DNA of 60,724 nt, from NCBI GenBank assembly GCA_943704425.1, contig CALSCP010000312.1, positions 1 through 60,724 on the forward strand, written 5' to 3'. The notes beneath the pieces are model-generated. The model was not told the origin of the DNA and made no database searches. It saw only the letters and a list, made by a program, of their open reading frames with translations. The DNA comes from Ministeria vibrans ATCC 50519. Its lineage: Eukaryota; Protista; Filasterea. A program made the translations under genes and the position numbers. Of this stretch, positions 9,660 through 21,109 are shown piece by piece (the stretch's first letter is position 1; each line of letters opens with the position of its first letter).

Positions 9660-10190
9660 AAATACCTCTTGGCACTTTTTCTGGTTTCTCTTATAGAAAA
9701 TATCCATCTTCTGTCGCAGTTTTTTCTTGATTTTGGCCACAAGAAAAATCGTCTTGGCACTTTTTCTGATTTCTCTTATAAGACGTAGATGGAGAAAAAG
9801 TGCCAGAGCTAGACACCCACACATTCAGGGATAAAAGACACAAAATTGATCAAAAATATCCAAACACGCAGAAAGTAATCGCCTCCTTTTGATTGTTTTT
9901 TGTTGTTTTTGCGGCCACAGGAGAAATCGCCTTTGGCACTTTTTCTGATTTCTCTTATAAGACGTAGATGGGAAAAAGTGCCAGAGCTAAAGAGGTATAA
10001 AATCGTGAGAAAACTGATCAAATAAGCAGAAAATGATTGCCTTCTTCTGATGTTTTTGTTGTTTTTTGCCACAGGAGAAATCGCCTTTGGCACTTTTTCT
10101 GATTTCTCTTATATAAGACGTAGATGGGAAAAAGTGCCAGAGCTAAAGAGGCATAAAAGCGTGAGAAAACTGATCAAATAAGCAGAAAAG
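9660..10190. repeat. Imperfect ~155-180 bp tandem repeat, each unit with an inverted-repeat hairpin
   Basis: TGGCACTTTTT...AAAAAGTGCCA at 9755-9805, 9934-9983 and 10088-10139. A partial left arm lies at ~9670. Confidence 0.85.
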
Positions 10191-10269
10191 CTCTTTCAGA
10201 CTAACCCTTCTCTCCCTCCTTCCCTATCGTGATTTGCGTGGGGTTTTATTGAATTGAAAAAATGCGTCT

Positions 10270-12270
10270 CTATGCGATAGACTGAGCTCGCATAAAATAC
10301 TGGAGGCCGCGCATTTGGTCTCCTCGGGTCATCGACACAAACGACAACAGCTCGAGTGTCAGCTTTGTGTCGGCAGGGTGGGTCTCCGACGAGCTCTCCT
10401 GGATGGAGAGGGCACGCTCGAGGTAGCCGCCCGCACGAGTGTGGTCTCCTTGTGCCAGCAGCACGGCGCCCAGGCTGCCCACCGTGTTGGCGATCGCCGG
10501 GTGGTTGGCGCCAAGAAGTTTCTCTTGAATGGGCAGACACCGCTGGTAGTGCGCCACGGCAGGCGCATAGTCACTTTTGGCGGAGTACGACTCGGCCATG
10601 TGCTTCAGTATCACTCCCGTTGAGGCGGTGTCGGAGCCCTTGTGAAACTCGCTGATGGTCAGCGCTCGCTGCAAGTACTGGAGCGCGCCACTGTAGTCCT
10701 TTTGAGCTAGGAGTACTTCGCCCAATCTGCCCAATATCTCTCCTGTTCGCGGATGATCGGGACTCAGGCACGCCTCTGTCAGCGTCAGTGCACGTCCAAG
10801 GTGCTCATGCGCGCGAGGGTAGTCTTCGCAATCCAGGAAAGCACAACCGATCTTGTACAGCATCTCAGCCTGAGCGGGATCATTGGCGCTGGGCTTCTCT
10901 GCGAGGGTGCAGGAGGGCAGCGCACGCTCAAAGCACTCCAGGCCACCAGTGAAGTCTCCTTGATCCTGGTGCACAATACCTATGAGGCTCAAGGTTTCGC
11001 CGGCTTGAGGGCTGTTGGGGCCATGTGCCTTCTCACGGATGGTCAGTGCACGCTTGCCGTACTCGAGCGCACGAGTGAAGTCCCTCAGTCCCCGGCACGC
11101 AGCAGCCATGTTGTGCAGCGCGGCGCCAGCGTATGCGTAGTCAGGACCATCGGACGTCTCAAAGAGAGCCCGAGCGCGCTCCGCGTACTCAAAACCACGA
11201 GGGTAGTCTTCTTGAATGAGCACCAACGAGGACAATTTGATCAAAAGCATGCTGAGCGGGAAGTCGTCGGGATCATGAATGCAAGACTGCTCGTGTTCGT
11301 AGGCGGCCAAGGCGCGCTCGCTGTGTTCAACGGCACGGGTGATGTCGCCTTGTTCCTCAAACAGGTGGGCCATGATGAGCAGTGTGTCGGCGACGTCGGG
11401 TTCAGGAGAGAATGACTCTTCGACGGCGAGAGCACGGATGTACAACTCAAGAGCACGCGCGGAGTCGCCTTGTTCGCGGATCACGTTGGCCATGAAGTAC
11501 AACGTGTCGCCTGTGAGCGGATGGTCTGGTCCAAGAGTCGCCTCGCGGAACGCCAGAGTGCGAGACGACAGCTGAAGAGCACGCGTGTTGTCGCCAAGGA
11601 CGTGGAGCGCACCCGCCATGTTCTGAACCACCTCCATGGTGAGTTCGTTGTCCGGACCAAGCAACTCTTCGCGAAAGCTCAGGGCACGAGAGTAAGACTT
11701 GAGAGCACGCGCACAATCTTGTTGCTCCTCCGACATGAAGAGATCACCAATGGCGATGAGAATGTTGGCTGACATGCCATCGCAATCGGAGCCCCCAAGA
11801 GCGCGATCGAAGTACTCAAGCGCGCGAGTCGCGTCGTTTCGGCCGGAGAACGCGCGACCAATGTTGTACAGGGTCCCGGTGACGACGCCCGGCTGAAGTG
11901 AGAGGAGCTGCACGCACAGCGGGAAGTCGAAAAGGAGCGAGTGGTCGTTGACGAGGTTGTCTTTGTTGCTCTCTTCGTAGTACGCCTCAAAAAAGACCCG
12001 TGCAGCATCAATGCCGCCATGCAACGGCTTCCGTGCATGTCGGAGCCATGCTCCGTTCGAATTTTCTCGGCGCAGCAGCAATTCCAGAGCGCGCAGAGCG
12101 TTTCGCGACGTGACGTTGATTTCGCGGTAGGATTGCCAGCCCACGTCTCTCACGGCCTGTGCGGCTGTAGAGAACGTTGCTGAGAACTCGATTGCGGATT
12201 CTGGATCAAGGCGTTCCACCACGAGACAGATGATGTCAAAGGGAAGCTTGGCGAGAGGGACGGGCGCCAT
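10270..12270 (-). CDS. F-box-like domain plus kinesin-light-chain-type TPR repeat protein (intronless)
   Basis: N-terminal LAKLPFDIICLVVERLDPESAIEF is F-box-like. About ten ~42-aa repeats of type ALxIrExxLGPDHPxTGxxLxxMAxVxxxQGDxxRALE. Confidence 0.85.
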   Translation of the reverse strand: MAPVPLAKLPFDIICLVVERLDPESAIEFSATFSTAAQAVRDVGWQSYREINVTSRNALRALELLLRRENSNGAWLRHARKPLHGGIDAARVFFEAYYEESNKDNLVNDHSLLFDFPLCVQLLSLQPGVVTGTLYNIGRAFSGRNDATRALEYFDRALGGSDCDGMSANILIAIGDLFMSEEQQDCARALKSYSRALSFREELLGPDNELTMEVVQNMAGALHVLGDNTRALQLSSRTLAFREATLGPDHPLTGDTLYFMANVIREQGDSARALELYIRALAVEESFSPEPDVADTLLIMAHLFEEQGDITRAVEHSERALAAYEHEQSCIHDPDDFPLSMLLIKLSSLVLIQEDYPRGFEYAERARALFETSDGPDYAYAGAALHNMAAACRGLRDFTRALEYGKRALTIREKAHGPNSPQAGETLSLIGIVHQDQGDFTGGLECFERALPSCTLAEKPSANDPAQAEMLYKIGCAFLDCEDYPRAHEHLGRALTLTEACLSPDHPRTGEILGRLGEVLLAQKDYSGALQYLQRALTISEFHKGSDTASTGVILKHMAESYSAKSDYAPAVAHYQRCLPIQEKLLGANHPAIANTVGSLGAVLLAQGDHTRAGGYLERALSIQESSSETHPADTKLTLELLSFVSMTRGDQMRGLQYFMRAQSIA

Positions 12271-12414
12271 GAAATTTGAAATTATTTGAATTTTTATTTA
12301 TTACGACTGCATTGATAATTCATTGATAATTTTTCTGTCAGATTGTTTCTTTTTCTGGGCCTCACAGACATCGTAGTTTTTTTTTTCTTGACTTTCTCTT
12401 TCTTTTAGCGGTTC

Positions 12415-12795
12415 CTGTGCGAGTTCCAGAAGCTTCTGTCCAGAGCCAACGGTGTCAAATTTGATATTACGGGGAACCCGATGGTCTCTGTCGAATCTAA
12501 GGAGTGGTTTCAGGCGCTGCCACTGGACATCCTGGCGCGCCTCATCTAAGTCATCTTCGTGCGCAGGTCGTCGTTGGAAGGCGGCGCATGGAAGACGTTG
12601 GTGCTCAGATTCGCTGCTTCAGATTCGCATCTGGACTTTGCTTCACAGTCGACTACCTCTCCTGTCTCCGCCATGGTCGACGTGTCCACAAGCGAGTCGC
12701 TGCAAAACAAGCTCAGTGACACCATGATTGTTCGAAAGTAAAGGAATGTCATGGCGAGTGAAAGCTCGAGCTTCTTGCCTGAACTTCGAGCCTGA
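12415..12795 (+). pseudogene. Possible decayed coding fragment (weakly BACK-domain-like) with in-frame stops
   Basis: CEFQKLLSRANGVKFDITGNPMVSVESKEWFQALPLDILARLI*VIFVRR...MIVRK*RNV... reads in one frame through several stops. Confidence 0.25.
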
Positions 12796-13012
12796 GTGTT
12801 GGCCGTTTTCGGGCAGAATTGTGTGGCATTCTTATTGCTCCTTTCTCACAGGATCCTCCGTCAGTTAGTTGGTGAATATGGATGTGAGGGACGAGCCAGA
12901 CTCCTGCAATTTTTCTTGTGTCACTTCAGTCTGGTCAGATTCGCCGAGATTCGCACACCAATCTTCAATTTGATTTCCACAGAAAACACAACAGAAAAAA
13001 AATCCCCCCCCC

Positions 13013-13022
13013 NNNNNNNNNN
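13013..13022. other. Assembly gap (10 N) flanked by poly-C
   Basis: Run of n characters. Confidence 1.
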
Positions 13023-13474
13023 CCCCCCCCTTATGAGGATATGTGTGTGTGTGTGTGTGTGAGAGGGGGGCTTTTACCCCCCTTTTCATCCCCTCTCTAT
13101 CACTCTGCGCTAACAGCCTCCCCACCCCCAATCCAAAACAGGCAGGGCGGACATACACAGCCTACACACACCGCGCGTGACACGGGAAGTATGGCCGTTG
13201 GTTACGGGTGATTTTGATCAGACGACAGGCCCTTAATTAGCCCACGATTCTCAATGTGGACTGCGCACATGACGGAGACGCCACGGGATGAGTTCGGCTA
13301 TGACGCAGACTTTAGGCTAGAGGTGCATGGTCGAGGCTCGAGCTTTCACTCAACCACTGATATCCCCGTGCTTTCCAACACTCATGCTGTTACAGAGGTT
13401 GGTTTGAATGCAGAGGAGTAGTATTTGAGAGCGATCGGAAATCAAGTGTCCCTTGTCTATTCTTTTTTTCTCAC

Positions 13475-13574
13475 GACTCGGCCCTGTGACCACCACTCTC
13501 TCCCTTGTCCCCGAGTCACGTCCCTCACTCGGCCCTGTGACCATCACTCTCTCCCTTGTCCCCGAGTCACGTCC
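13475..13574. repeat. ~51-bp direct tandem duplication
   Basis: ACTCGGCCCTGTGACCA(C/T)CACTCTCTCCCTTGTCCCCGAGTCACGTCC occurs twice. Confidence 0.9.
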
Positions 13575-14325
13575 TTCCCTCTCGAGTGATGCATCTATTC
13601 AAGTACAGGAGGCTTGTGTTCCTTTTCAGTGACGAGACGGGGTCAGGTGGTGCGATAGGCTGGGTGCCTGAGATTTCTCTGCTGTCAGGGAGTGAGGGGC
13701 GAGAGACTGGCGGAGCAGCGGGATTTCTTTCGCCACCCCAGTTTCAACAGCGAATCTCGCCACCGAGGCGTGCCTGTTAAAAACCTTGCGTACAGCCCAA
13801 GAAGCGGCGCGTTGCAGTGGTCGCGCCCTGGCAGCTGGGTCCATGTGTGTGTGTGTGACAAAGAATGAATGTGCGTTGTGTGTCTCTGCCTGTTTGAGTA
13901 AGCTAGGGAAAGGAAGAGACTGAGTGGTATCAGCCATGAGCAAATTCTTCAACTTGCAGAGCGCAGAGTGTGGACTTTGTAATGGGCAATTGATGAACTG
14001 AATTTAACTGACTCAACCTTTTTACCACCTTCTGAGCTTCTCTTTGTGGTTTTCTCTACTTCAGCTGCCACCGTCCATACGTAAGGCACCGATGCAACAC
14101 TAGCACGCTATTGCGCTGTCTTACTATTTGCCCTTAGCTTTGTGGGAGATTTTGCGTTGCTCTCCTCTCTTCTCTCTTGCCCTCCCATTATCTTGTGTCT
14201 GCGACTATCTTGTGTGCATTTGTTACTGTGGCTGTGGTGCTGCTCGAGGTAGTTGTCACGTTTTTGGAGGTTGGTGGGTGCTGATTGTTCAAGTAATACG
14301 TAAGCGAAGCGTTGTGTATTATTTC

Positions 14326-15876
14326 TTAAGTCGGCCTTCCACCAGATCCCGGACTCCCCGTTCCTCCATGGTCATGTGATGTGTTGGAACGAGCCCGCAG
14401 AAGCGTGCAAGTCACGACGAGAAAGCCACTGCTTTGGAGACGCCAGCCCAACACAAAGTCCTCCATGAAAGGCAGTTGATACGAGTAGTTGATCTTTGAC
14501 TTCTTGAGGAGTGTTACGTTCAGCAGTACAAGGACTTGAGGCGTCTTGAACAGGTAGTTATTCGATTTCACCTTGAGCTGGGATTTTGTTGCGCCCACCA
14601 TTGCGACCACGTCCTTGGCGCATGTGAGAACGGTCTCGAGTTTCATGCACGCGTCAATGAGCGATATGATATTTTCATCATCCTGCCTCCTAAATGTTTT
14701 CACGTCGTCATCAAGAAGAATGAGCTGCTCTCGCCCAAGCTGCATGGCGATGTTAACGCACATGTGACGCGCATATCCGATACCAAAGCAGAGTGGCGGA
14801 AGTGCGATGACAGCACAAATCCCCGTACATACGGCCGTGTACGCATCAAAGTCCAATGTACGACACACGACGATGACAAGATCTTTTTCCCAGTCGAATC
14901 CATCATGATTTTTTAAGCAAACCCGACCACGCTTGGAGCGACGAAACGATGGGATGAGAATCAGCCGACGAACAGAGTTATTCAGGCCTGTAATCGTCGA
15001 CGTTTCATCAACGTTCACGCACGCTGTGCACAAAGGCTCGGGAAGAGAAACATGGAGGTCAATGCCGTTTACAAATAGCTTGGCCGAGCGTGTTGGCACT
15101 TTGAAAGTAACCGCACTGGCGACTAGCGAGGTGTTTGATTCCGTCGATCGTCCCACCGCACCCGACTTCAGGGCCACATCAATGTGCGGGAGCCAGCCTT
15201 CGTCAAACGTGCACGCAACGTCAGTGTGCAGGTCAAAGAAGAGCTCCTTGAGGACCCCCGGCGTATCGGGGTCGCGAAACCAACCTTTCAAGATGTCGCA
15301 GTCCACACCGTGTTCGCATTTGCTCACGCGACTCTCTAGCTGGTTCTTCAAGTGACTGAAGTGATAGGGAGATAAATCATGCTCAGGCAGAGCGTCGAAG
15401 AGCATATCCAAGCAAAACACATCGGCACATACGGGCGGAAGATGATCGCGACACTCTTCGGCAGTAGCAAACTTAGAGAGGCGCTGGACACTGACAAAGT
15501 CGTCGATGTTGGATGCGATTTTTTCAACATCCACTTTCTTGTTCGTCATGAACTTGCCGTCGTACTTGTAAGAGCCCACTTCACACGTACTGCTTTCAAA
15601 CTCCGAAATCGATAGTGTCTTCAACGCGGCTGGAATCTCGACGTCGCAATTCACAGGATCTTCCGCAACGACAGCGCCGGGAGGAACGGTCTAAAGCAGA
15701 GCATTAGAAGAAACCTCCAGAAATTTACTTCGTCGTCGTTTGGACGTGCATGCTCATTTGCACGTTACTTACGACAGTAGCAGGACCTCCTTTGTCGACC
15801 GCCTCTTCCTCGTTCACATGATCAGCGGCACCATTACGCTCGTCATCGGTATCAGGCATCTCAAGTTTCAATTGTT
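14326..15876 (-). CDS. GREB1/TET-associated (TAGT, J-GT-like) GT-A glycosyltransferase
   Basis: Motifs ILIPSFRR, VIVVC...FDAY, VIALP...GIGYARH, LILLDDDV (DxD), PFMEDFVLGWRL and terminal HGG. Exons 15876-15773 and 15690-14326 splice in frame. Confidence 0.65.
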
Positions 15877-16700
15877 CTGTGGAAAAAAGGGGAGAAGGAA
15901 CTCGATGTCAAACAAAACAAAAACAAAGAAGTCGCGACAAAGACATAGACATAGAGACGGACACGAGCAGCTCTAGGCGAGGCAGGAAGAAATTGAACAC
16001 CCTTACGCCTTACATTCTCTAACCATTCATTTTACACTACGCGACAAAGTCACGCTCGATGGAGATGGGAAGAGCTGCGACTGATTCACAAAAAAACGAG
16101 AACGGCCCCACAAAAAAATTCCACCCATGGCCAATACGGAGCCTATAGAAACACACCAGAATACCACAAGACACGCCCCGATTTACAGAGGGCAGCGAAC
16201 AGACCGAATGTTTCGGTTCATAAAAATAATACAAAACGACTCCCACAAGAATTTTTCACCCTCAGCCAACACACAACCAACACAGCCACACCAGCCATCC
16301 AACACTCAATCCCTGCACCCATAATGTATTCTATGATTTGCAGGCGCTCGCGAACAAGGCGAATGTTTCGGTTCACAAAAAAATGAAAAAATAAGCGAGA
16401 GCGGCTCTCACAAGAAATCACCGCCCTCCGCCATGATGCATCTGACACCAACACACTACACACATACACACCCAACGTTGGTCCCACAGAAACGCCCTGA
16501 TTTGCAGGGGTTAGTAGTGTTTCGGGCTGGTCACATAAAACTCAACGGGACAACACACACACAACTGTTTAACCCACACACGTACTGTTAGACTTTGCGA
16601 TTTCTCAGAAGGCGGTTTAGATGGCAGTCTGACTTCGAAAAGTATTAAAGCAGTAAGTATATTGGAGAATGAGGTTGTTCGATCGCTCAATTCGCCGCGA

Positions 16701-19480
16701 TCACTTCAGTTCACTGCTCCCGCCCCCACCATGAACAGCCTCTACCAGCTCGCCCCAGCTACCAACGGATGTCGCCTGCGTGTCACCCCGGTCGACAGGC
16801 GCGTTCTTTTGCAATCCAGATTCGAATCGGACGCGTTTCTGCTGACCTTGCAGCGTCGCGCGTGCCTTGGGTCCACGCTCAAATGCTTTGCTGGGATGAA
16901 ACTCGTGTCGCAGACTGTCCCTGGAGTGCGCAGCAAGTTGATCTGTGGCGCGCGCGTCTTCAGAGGCCGACACTTTGGGTTGTTCGAGGAGGACCATCAA
17001 CTGTTCCTCTTCTGTGTCGACGCAGCCGGCGATGTCGTGTTTCCTGCGTCGTTTCGGGCTGTGGGCGTGAGTGCGCTGGATGGTGTGGTGCTTGTGGAGG
17101 CGGCGCGGCGGTGCGTGGTGGTCAACGCCAATGGAGTAAATAGATCGCCAGCGTGTGCGCAGGTCGCAGTAGTGCTTGTGTCTGTGCCGAGTGCGGTGGA
17201 CTACCTCGAGAGTCGGTAGCCCCATCGCCACATAAAGCAGCACGAAGAACTCGATCTCTCCGCCGCCACGTCGCACAACCACTGTCTCTTGTGGATGCGA
17301 CTCGGTTCGAGTGAGCATGCGGTTGGTGAGATTGACGCGACGACACCGGTGCTCTCCGTACCGCAGACGCACAAGCTCGTACAGCGAGTCGGTGAGTGAG
17401 TTGGAGAAGGACTGCATCTGCCTGAGAGGCACTGCCTTCCAGTCGTAGGAGAAGCGGATGAACATGGTGCAGCAGTATGCCACACTCGCCGCGTTCGTCT
17501 GGTTGAGCCGAAAGGGCGTGAAGTAGGTGCAGCTGTCGTTCTACGCAGTAGAGGTCAGGTTAGTGCCACTGGCCACCAAGAAAATAGCATACTTACGCCG
17601 ACTGAGACAGAGCAGGTGTGGAAGTCCACACTAACTGTCCACATGGGAGCGCCGCCGCCGTCGCCACTGAGCACAACCACAGGCTCACCGTCAGCTCTGT
17701 CTACCTGTCGTGCGTGAAGTGTGTGGTCGTCGACGGCAAGCCCGCTGCTACACTTGAAGAGAATGGCATCATAGACTGACTGCCGTGCGGCTGCAAAGGG
17801 GTCGTCGTGCGTTCGGTCGAAAGTGTCGGACAGTGACGATGAGCAGTCAGAGCGACGGTCCATGTCGTCCCTCCTCTCGTTCCCTTCGTCCTCTTCACCC
17901 TCCTCCTTCTCATCCTCTTCACCCCGCTCCTTCTTTTTCTCTTCCTCGGCCCTTCGTTCAGCGAGCTTTCGCCGCCGCTTCGCACTTCGGACAGCAGAGT
18001 CTCTGTACGCCTCGCTCTCGTCGTCCTCGCTGTGCCCCACCACATCCCCGTCGTCTTCATCGTCGCTTCCACGAAGAAGATGCTCGTCGGTAAAGAAGCT
18101 GGGCGGTAATCGACGCACCCCATCGCCCCTGGCCGAGCCTATTTCCACAACATCTTCTGTCTGAGAAAGAGAGGGAGAGGACAGAGGAGAGGATGTCGGG
18201 GAGGAGGGAGACAGACGTTCGCGGGCGGTCGGTGTGTGTGGAGATGTGGGTGGAGCAGGGGAGGAGGGACACGGAGGTTTGCGCGCGGCGGATGGTGCGG
18301 TTGATGTGGGTGGAGCAGGGGAGGAGGGACACAGAGGTTTGCAAGTGGTGGACGATGCGGTTGATGTGGGTGGAGCAGAGGACAAGGGAGACGGAGGTTT
18401 GCGGGCGGCCGGTGGTACGGGTGGTGTGTACGGTGTGTGTGGAGTAGAAACGCTTTTGACGTTGCGCGAGAGCATTTTGCGAGCAGACTGGCGAGGAGGG
18501 AGGGTGGAAGTGGGGGTGGTCATGCCGGTTTTGATGTGAGCATCCACAGCGACAGAACGAGCAATGTGAGATGGTGGCGTGGAGTCGACAGGATCACGAG
18601 AGAAAGAGTCTCGTGAGTGTGAAGAAGACGGGGGCAGACAGGTCGATGGTGGCAAGACGGACAGCGAAAGCTCTCGTTCGAGTTTCTGTCGCTTGGCGGC
18701 GGGTCTCTCGTCGTCGCTCTTCTCGCTCTTCTCGCTCCTGTCGGCTGTACTCATTGTGGTCGTTGTAGTCGTAGGCGTCGACGTCCAGGCGTAGAGAACG
18801 GCGATGTCACAGAGAAACCGTGCAGTGGTGGCAAATCGGTCGTCAATGTCGAGGCGCACTTCGATTTCCTTGTCATGTGTACAGTCGTCCCATTCCACGT
18901 ACTTAGAAAGACAGACCGAGCCCTTGTCGTATCTGATTGTAAAGCGGCCATCGTCTGTCTTCTTGTCGGCAACGGCATACTCCGTGGGGCTCTCGCGGTG
19001 AAGAATCAGGCACTCGTTGCCGACGCGTAGGTTCGTTGGCCAAACCAAGTGCAGTTCTCTGAAGGCTTCCTCTGTTGATTGTGAGGCCTAGGGAACAAGG
19101 GGGTGTGAGCAATAGTTGGATGGGGTGGAGTTTCGTACGCTTCTTCGGCGGAGCGCGTGAGCAGTGGAGCGTGTTTGCGAGCTGTCTTCGTCCGAGTCGG
19201 TTACTTCGTCGCTTTCTTCTTGCTGCTTCTCCTCTTCGTCCTGTTCATCATCCTCTTCTTCGTCCGAGTCGGTTACTTCGTCCCTTTCTTCTTGCTGCTT
19301 CTCCTCCTGCTTCTCCCCTTCGTCCTGTTCCTCATCCTCTTCTTCGTCCGAGTCCTCAACCTCTTCCTGGTCCTTCGTAGTGTCCATTCTCTCGGCAGGA
19401 ACAACCGCATCGTTGGGTCGAGCGCGTTTCTCTGTTTTTCCAATTGGGCTGCCAACCGGGGAATGAATTGAAGGGATCAC
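16701..19480 (-). CDS. Multi-exon hypothetical protein: acidic N-terminus, possible Tudor-like domain, Pro/Ser-rich repeats, unknown C-terminal domain
   Basis: Three collinear ORFs (19088-19480, 17555-19048, 16701-17483) with intervening GT..AG candidates. LRVGNECLILH...DDGRFTIRYDKG resembles a Tudor beta-barrel. Confidence 0.45.
18242..18420. repeat. 60-bp coding minisatellite, ~3 copies
   Basis: GATGTGGGTGGAGCAG...GGAGGTTTGC repeats and encodes PPxPSSPAPPTST units. Confidence 0.85.
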
Positions 19481-19484
19481 TTAC

Positions 19485-21109
19485 AGTGCATCCTTAGACG
19501 TGTCAAAATAGAATGCACAATAAGTGACTCTGTGAGAGAGAGAGTAGAGAGTGAGTGAGTGAGTGGCTCACCTGAGAGAGCCGCAAATGAGTCGATATCG
19601 TGACGGACATTGTCATGCAGAGAATTGGACGAGGAGCGCGGAAAGAGATGGCAGAAGAGCTCATGTTCCTTCAGTTCAACAATCGAAAAGGCACAAGAAA
19701 GCTCAACTAAACCAAAAAAAAAAAATTTGAATGAGAGTGCAAGAGAGAGAGAGAGTGAGAGTGACATACCGAGATTGGGGACAGTCGGGTGGACACGGAG
19801 GACGCCATGGGGCACATGGGTGAGGAGGGAGAGCAGCGAAAGGGACTCAACGGACGACAACACACGGAATGGATGGGTTGGTGGGGTGGTGGTCGTTGTG
19901 TTGAGGGTGATTCCGCTCTCACTCGCAGCGTATTCTTGTGTGTTGGGGAGTATAGGGAGGGGATTGAGTCGTATGTGTGTTATAGTATGAGTGGAGAGAG
20001 TGGGGTTTCTTTGGGGGGGTCTACCTTGTTTGATGAGGTTGAGGTGGTGTTGGGTGGCAGTGAGGAACTGAGGGAGCACGTTGGAAGGGAGAAGGAAGGA
20101 AAAGGAGCACTCGCGAGGGATTGAGTTGACGGCACTGCCGCCTGAGAAGGACACAAGTGACAGCTCAGAGTGCGTGTCGATGAGGGCATTGCGTAGGATC
20201 CTTGCGGCCAGTTTGAAGGGGTGTGCGCGGTACTCGTGGATCTGTGCGCCCGTGTGACCCCCTTGGAATCCCACGAGAGCACATTGGACGAGAGAGTGCG
20301 TCTCAGCCAAATCAGTCGTTGTCGTTTGACTGCTGCTCAGCGCCCGATGAAGTGTCTGCTCAAACCCACCCGCGCACCCTATGCAGATTTCATTCTCGTC
20401 TTCGCTGTCGACATTGATCATAATCTGTCAAAAAAGGCGATGGTGAATTTAGATTCTTGACCTGTTCGTCTGACTTTGGATTGCAAGAGAGACGCTGAAA
20501 TGTTTTCTGCACCGCCCATCGTGGTCTCCTCATCGGCAGTAAAGAGTAGCTCCAGAGGCGGAAGTCCGAGGGCCACTGAGTCTTCGTCGAGGAGCGCGAG
20601 ACTGTAAAAAGAGAAAATGGCAAAGTCAGAATCGACAAGTTTTTTGTCACAAAATCATACCATGCCGCAGCACCAATGCCGTCATCTGCACCCAAGGTAG
20701 CACCACGAGCTTTGAGCCAGTGTTCACCATCGTCGGCAGTGACAATGTCTGTCATGATGGGCTGCTCTGCAAAGTCAAACTCGACATCGTCGTTTTTGCT
20801 ATCGAGATTCGTTGTCTTGTCAATCGCGAAATTGCACTGCAAACGCGAACTTACCTTGTGACCATATCCATGTGGCATTGTATACACACTGACTGAGTGC
20901 CAACACCCGGCTTGCGGATGACAACGTTTCCCGCGTCGTCAGAATCCAAGTCACATTTGTGTTCGCTTGCGGAGTCTTTTGCGAAATCCATCGAGATCGT
21001 GACTGGGGCGGGGTGTCTCAGTGCACACGAGGAAGTAGCGCCAGAGGGAGGCGGGCTCGTTGAGCTGAGGGAGCAGTTTAATGTTATGGTCGAGAGTGAG
21101 TTGCGACAT
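19485..21109 (-). pseudogene. pepD: PepD-type aminoacyl-histidine dipeptidase (M20C), frameshifted near the 5' end and lacking the C-terminus
   Basis: Motifs WRYF...PRPS, DDAGNVVIRKP, IQCHMDMV, TLGADDGIG, LELLFTADEETTMGGA, INVDSED, GCAGG, GGHTGAQIH, SGGSAVNSIPRE. The frame changes at ~20970 with no intron. No HAGLEC or HSPxE tail was seen downstream. Confidence 0.7.

Noticed and set aside
9197-9730. 177-aa plus-strand ORF as a gene
   Set aside because: It has no recognisable motif and runs into the hairpin repeat, so it cannot be supported without expression data.
13023-19480. Autonomous transposon or endogenous virus
   Set aside because: I recognised no transposase, RT, integrase, Rep/helicase or capsid motifs, and no terminal repeats.
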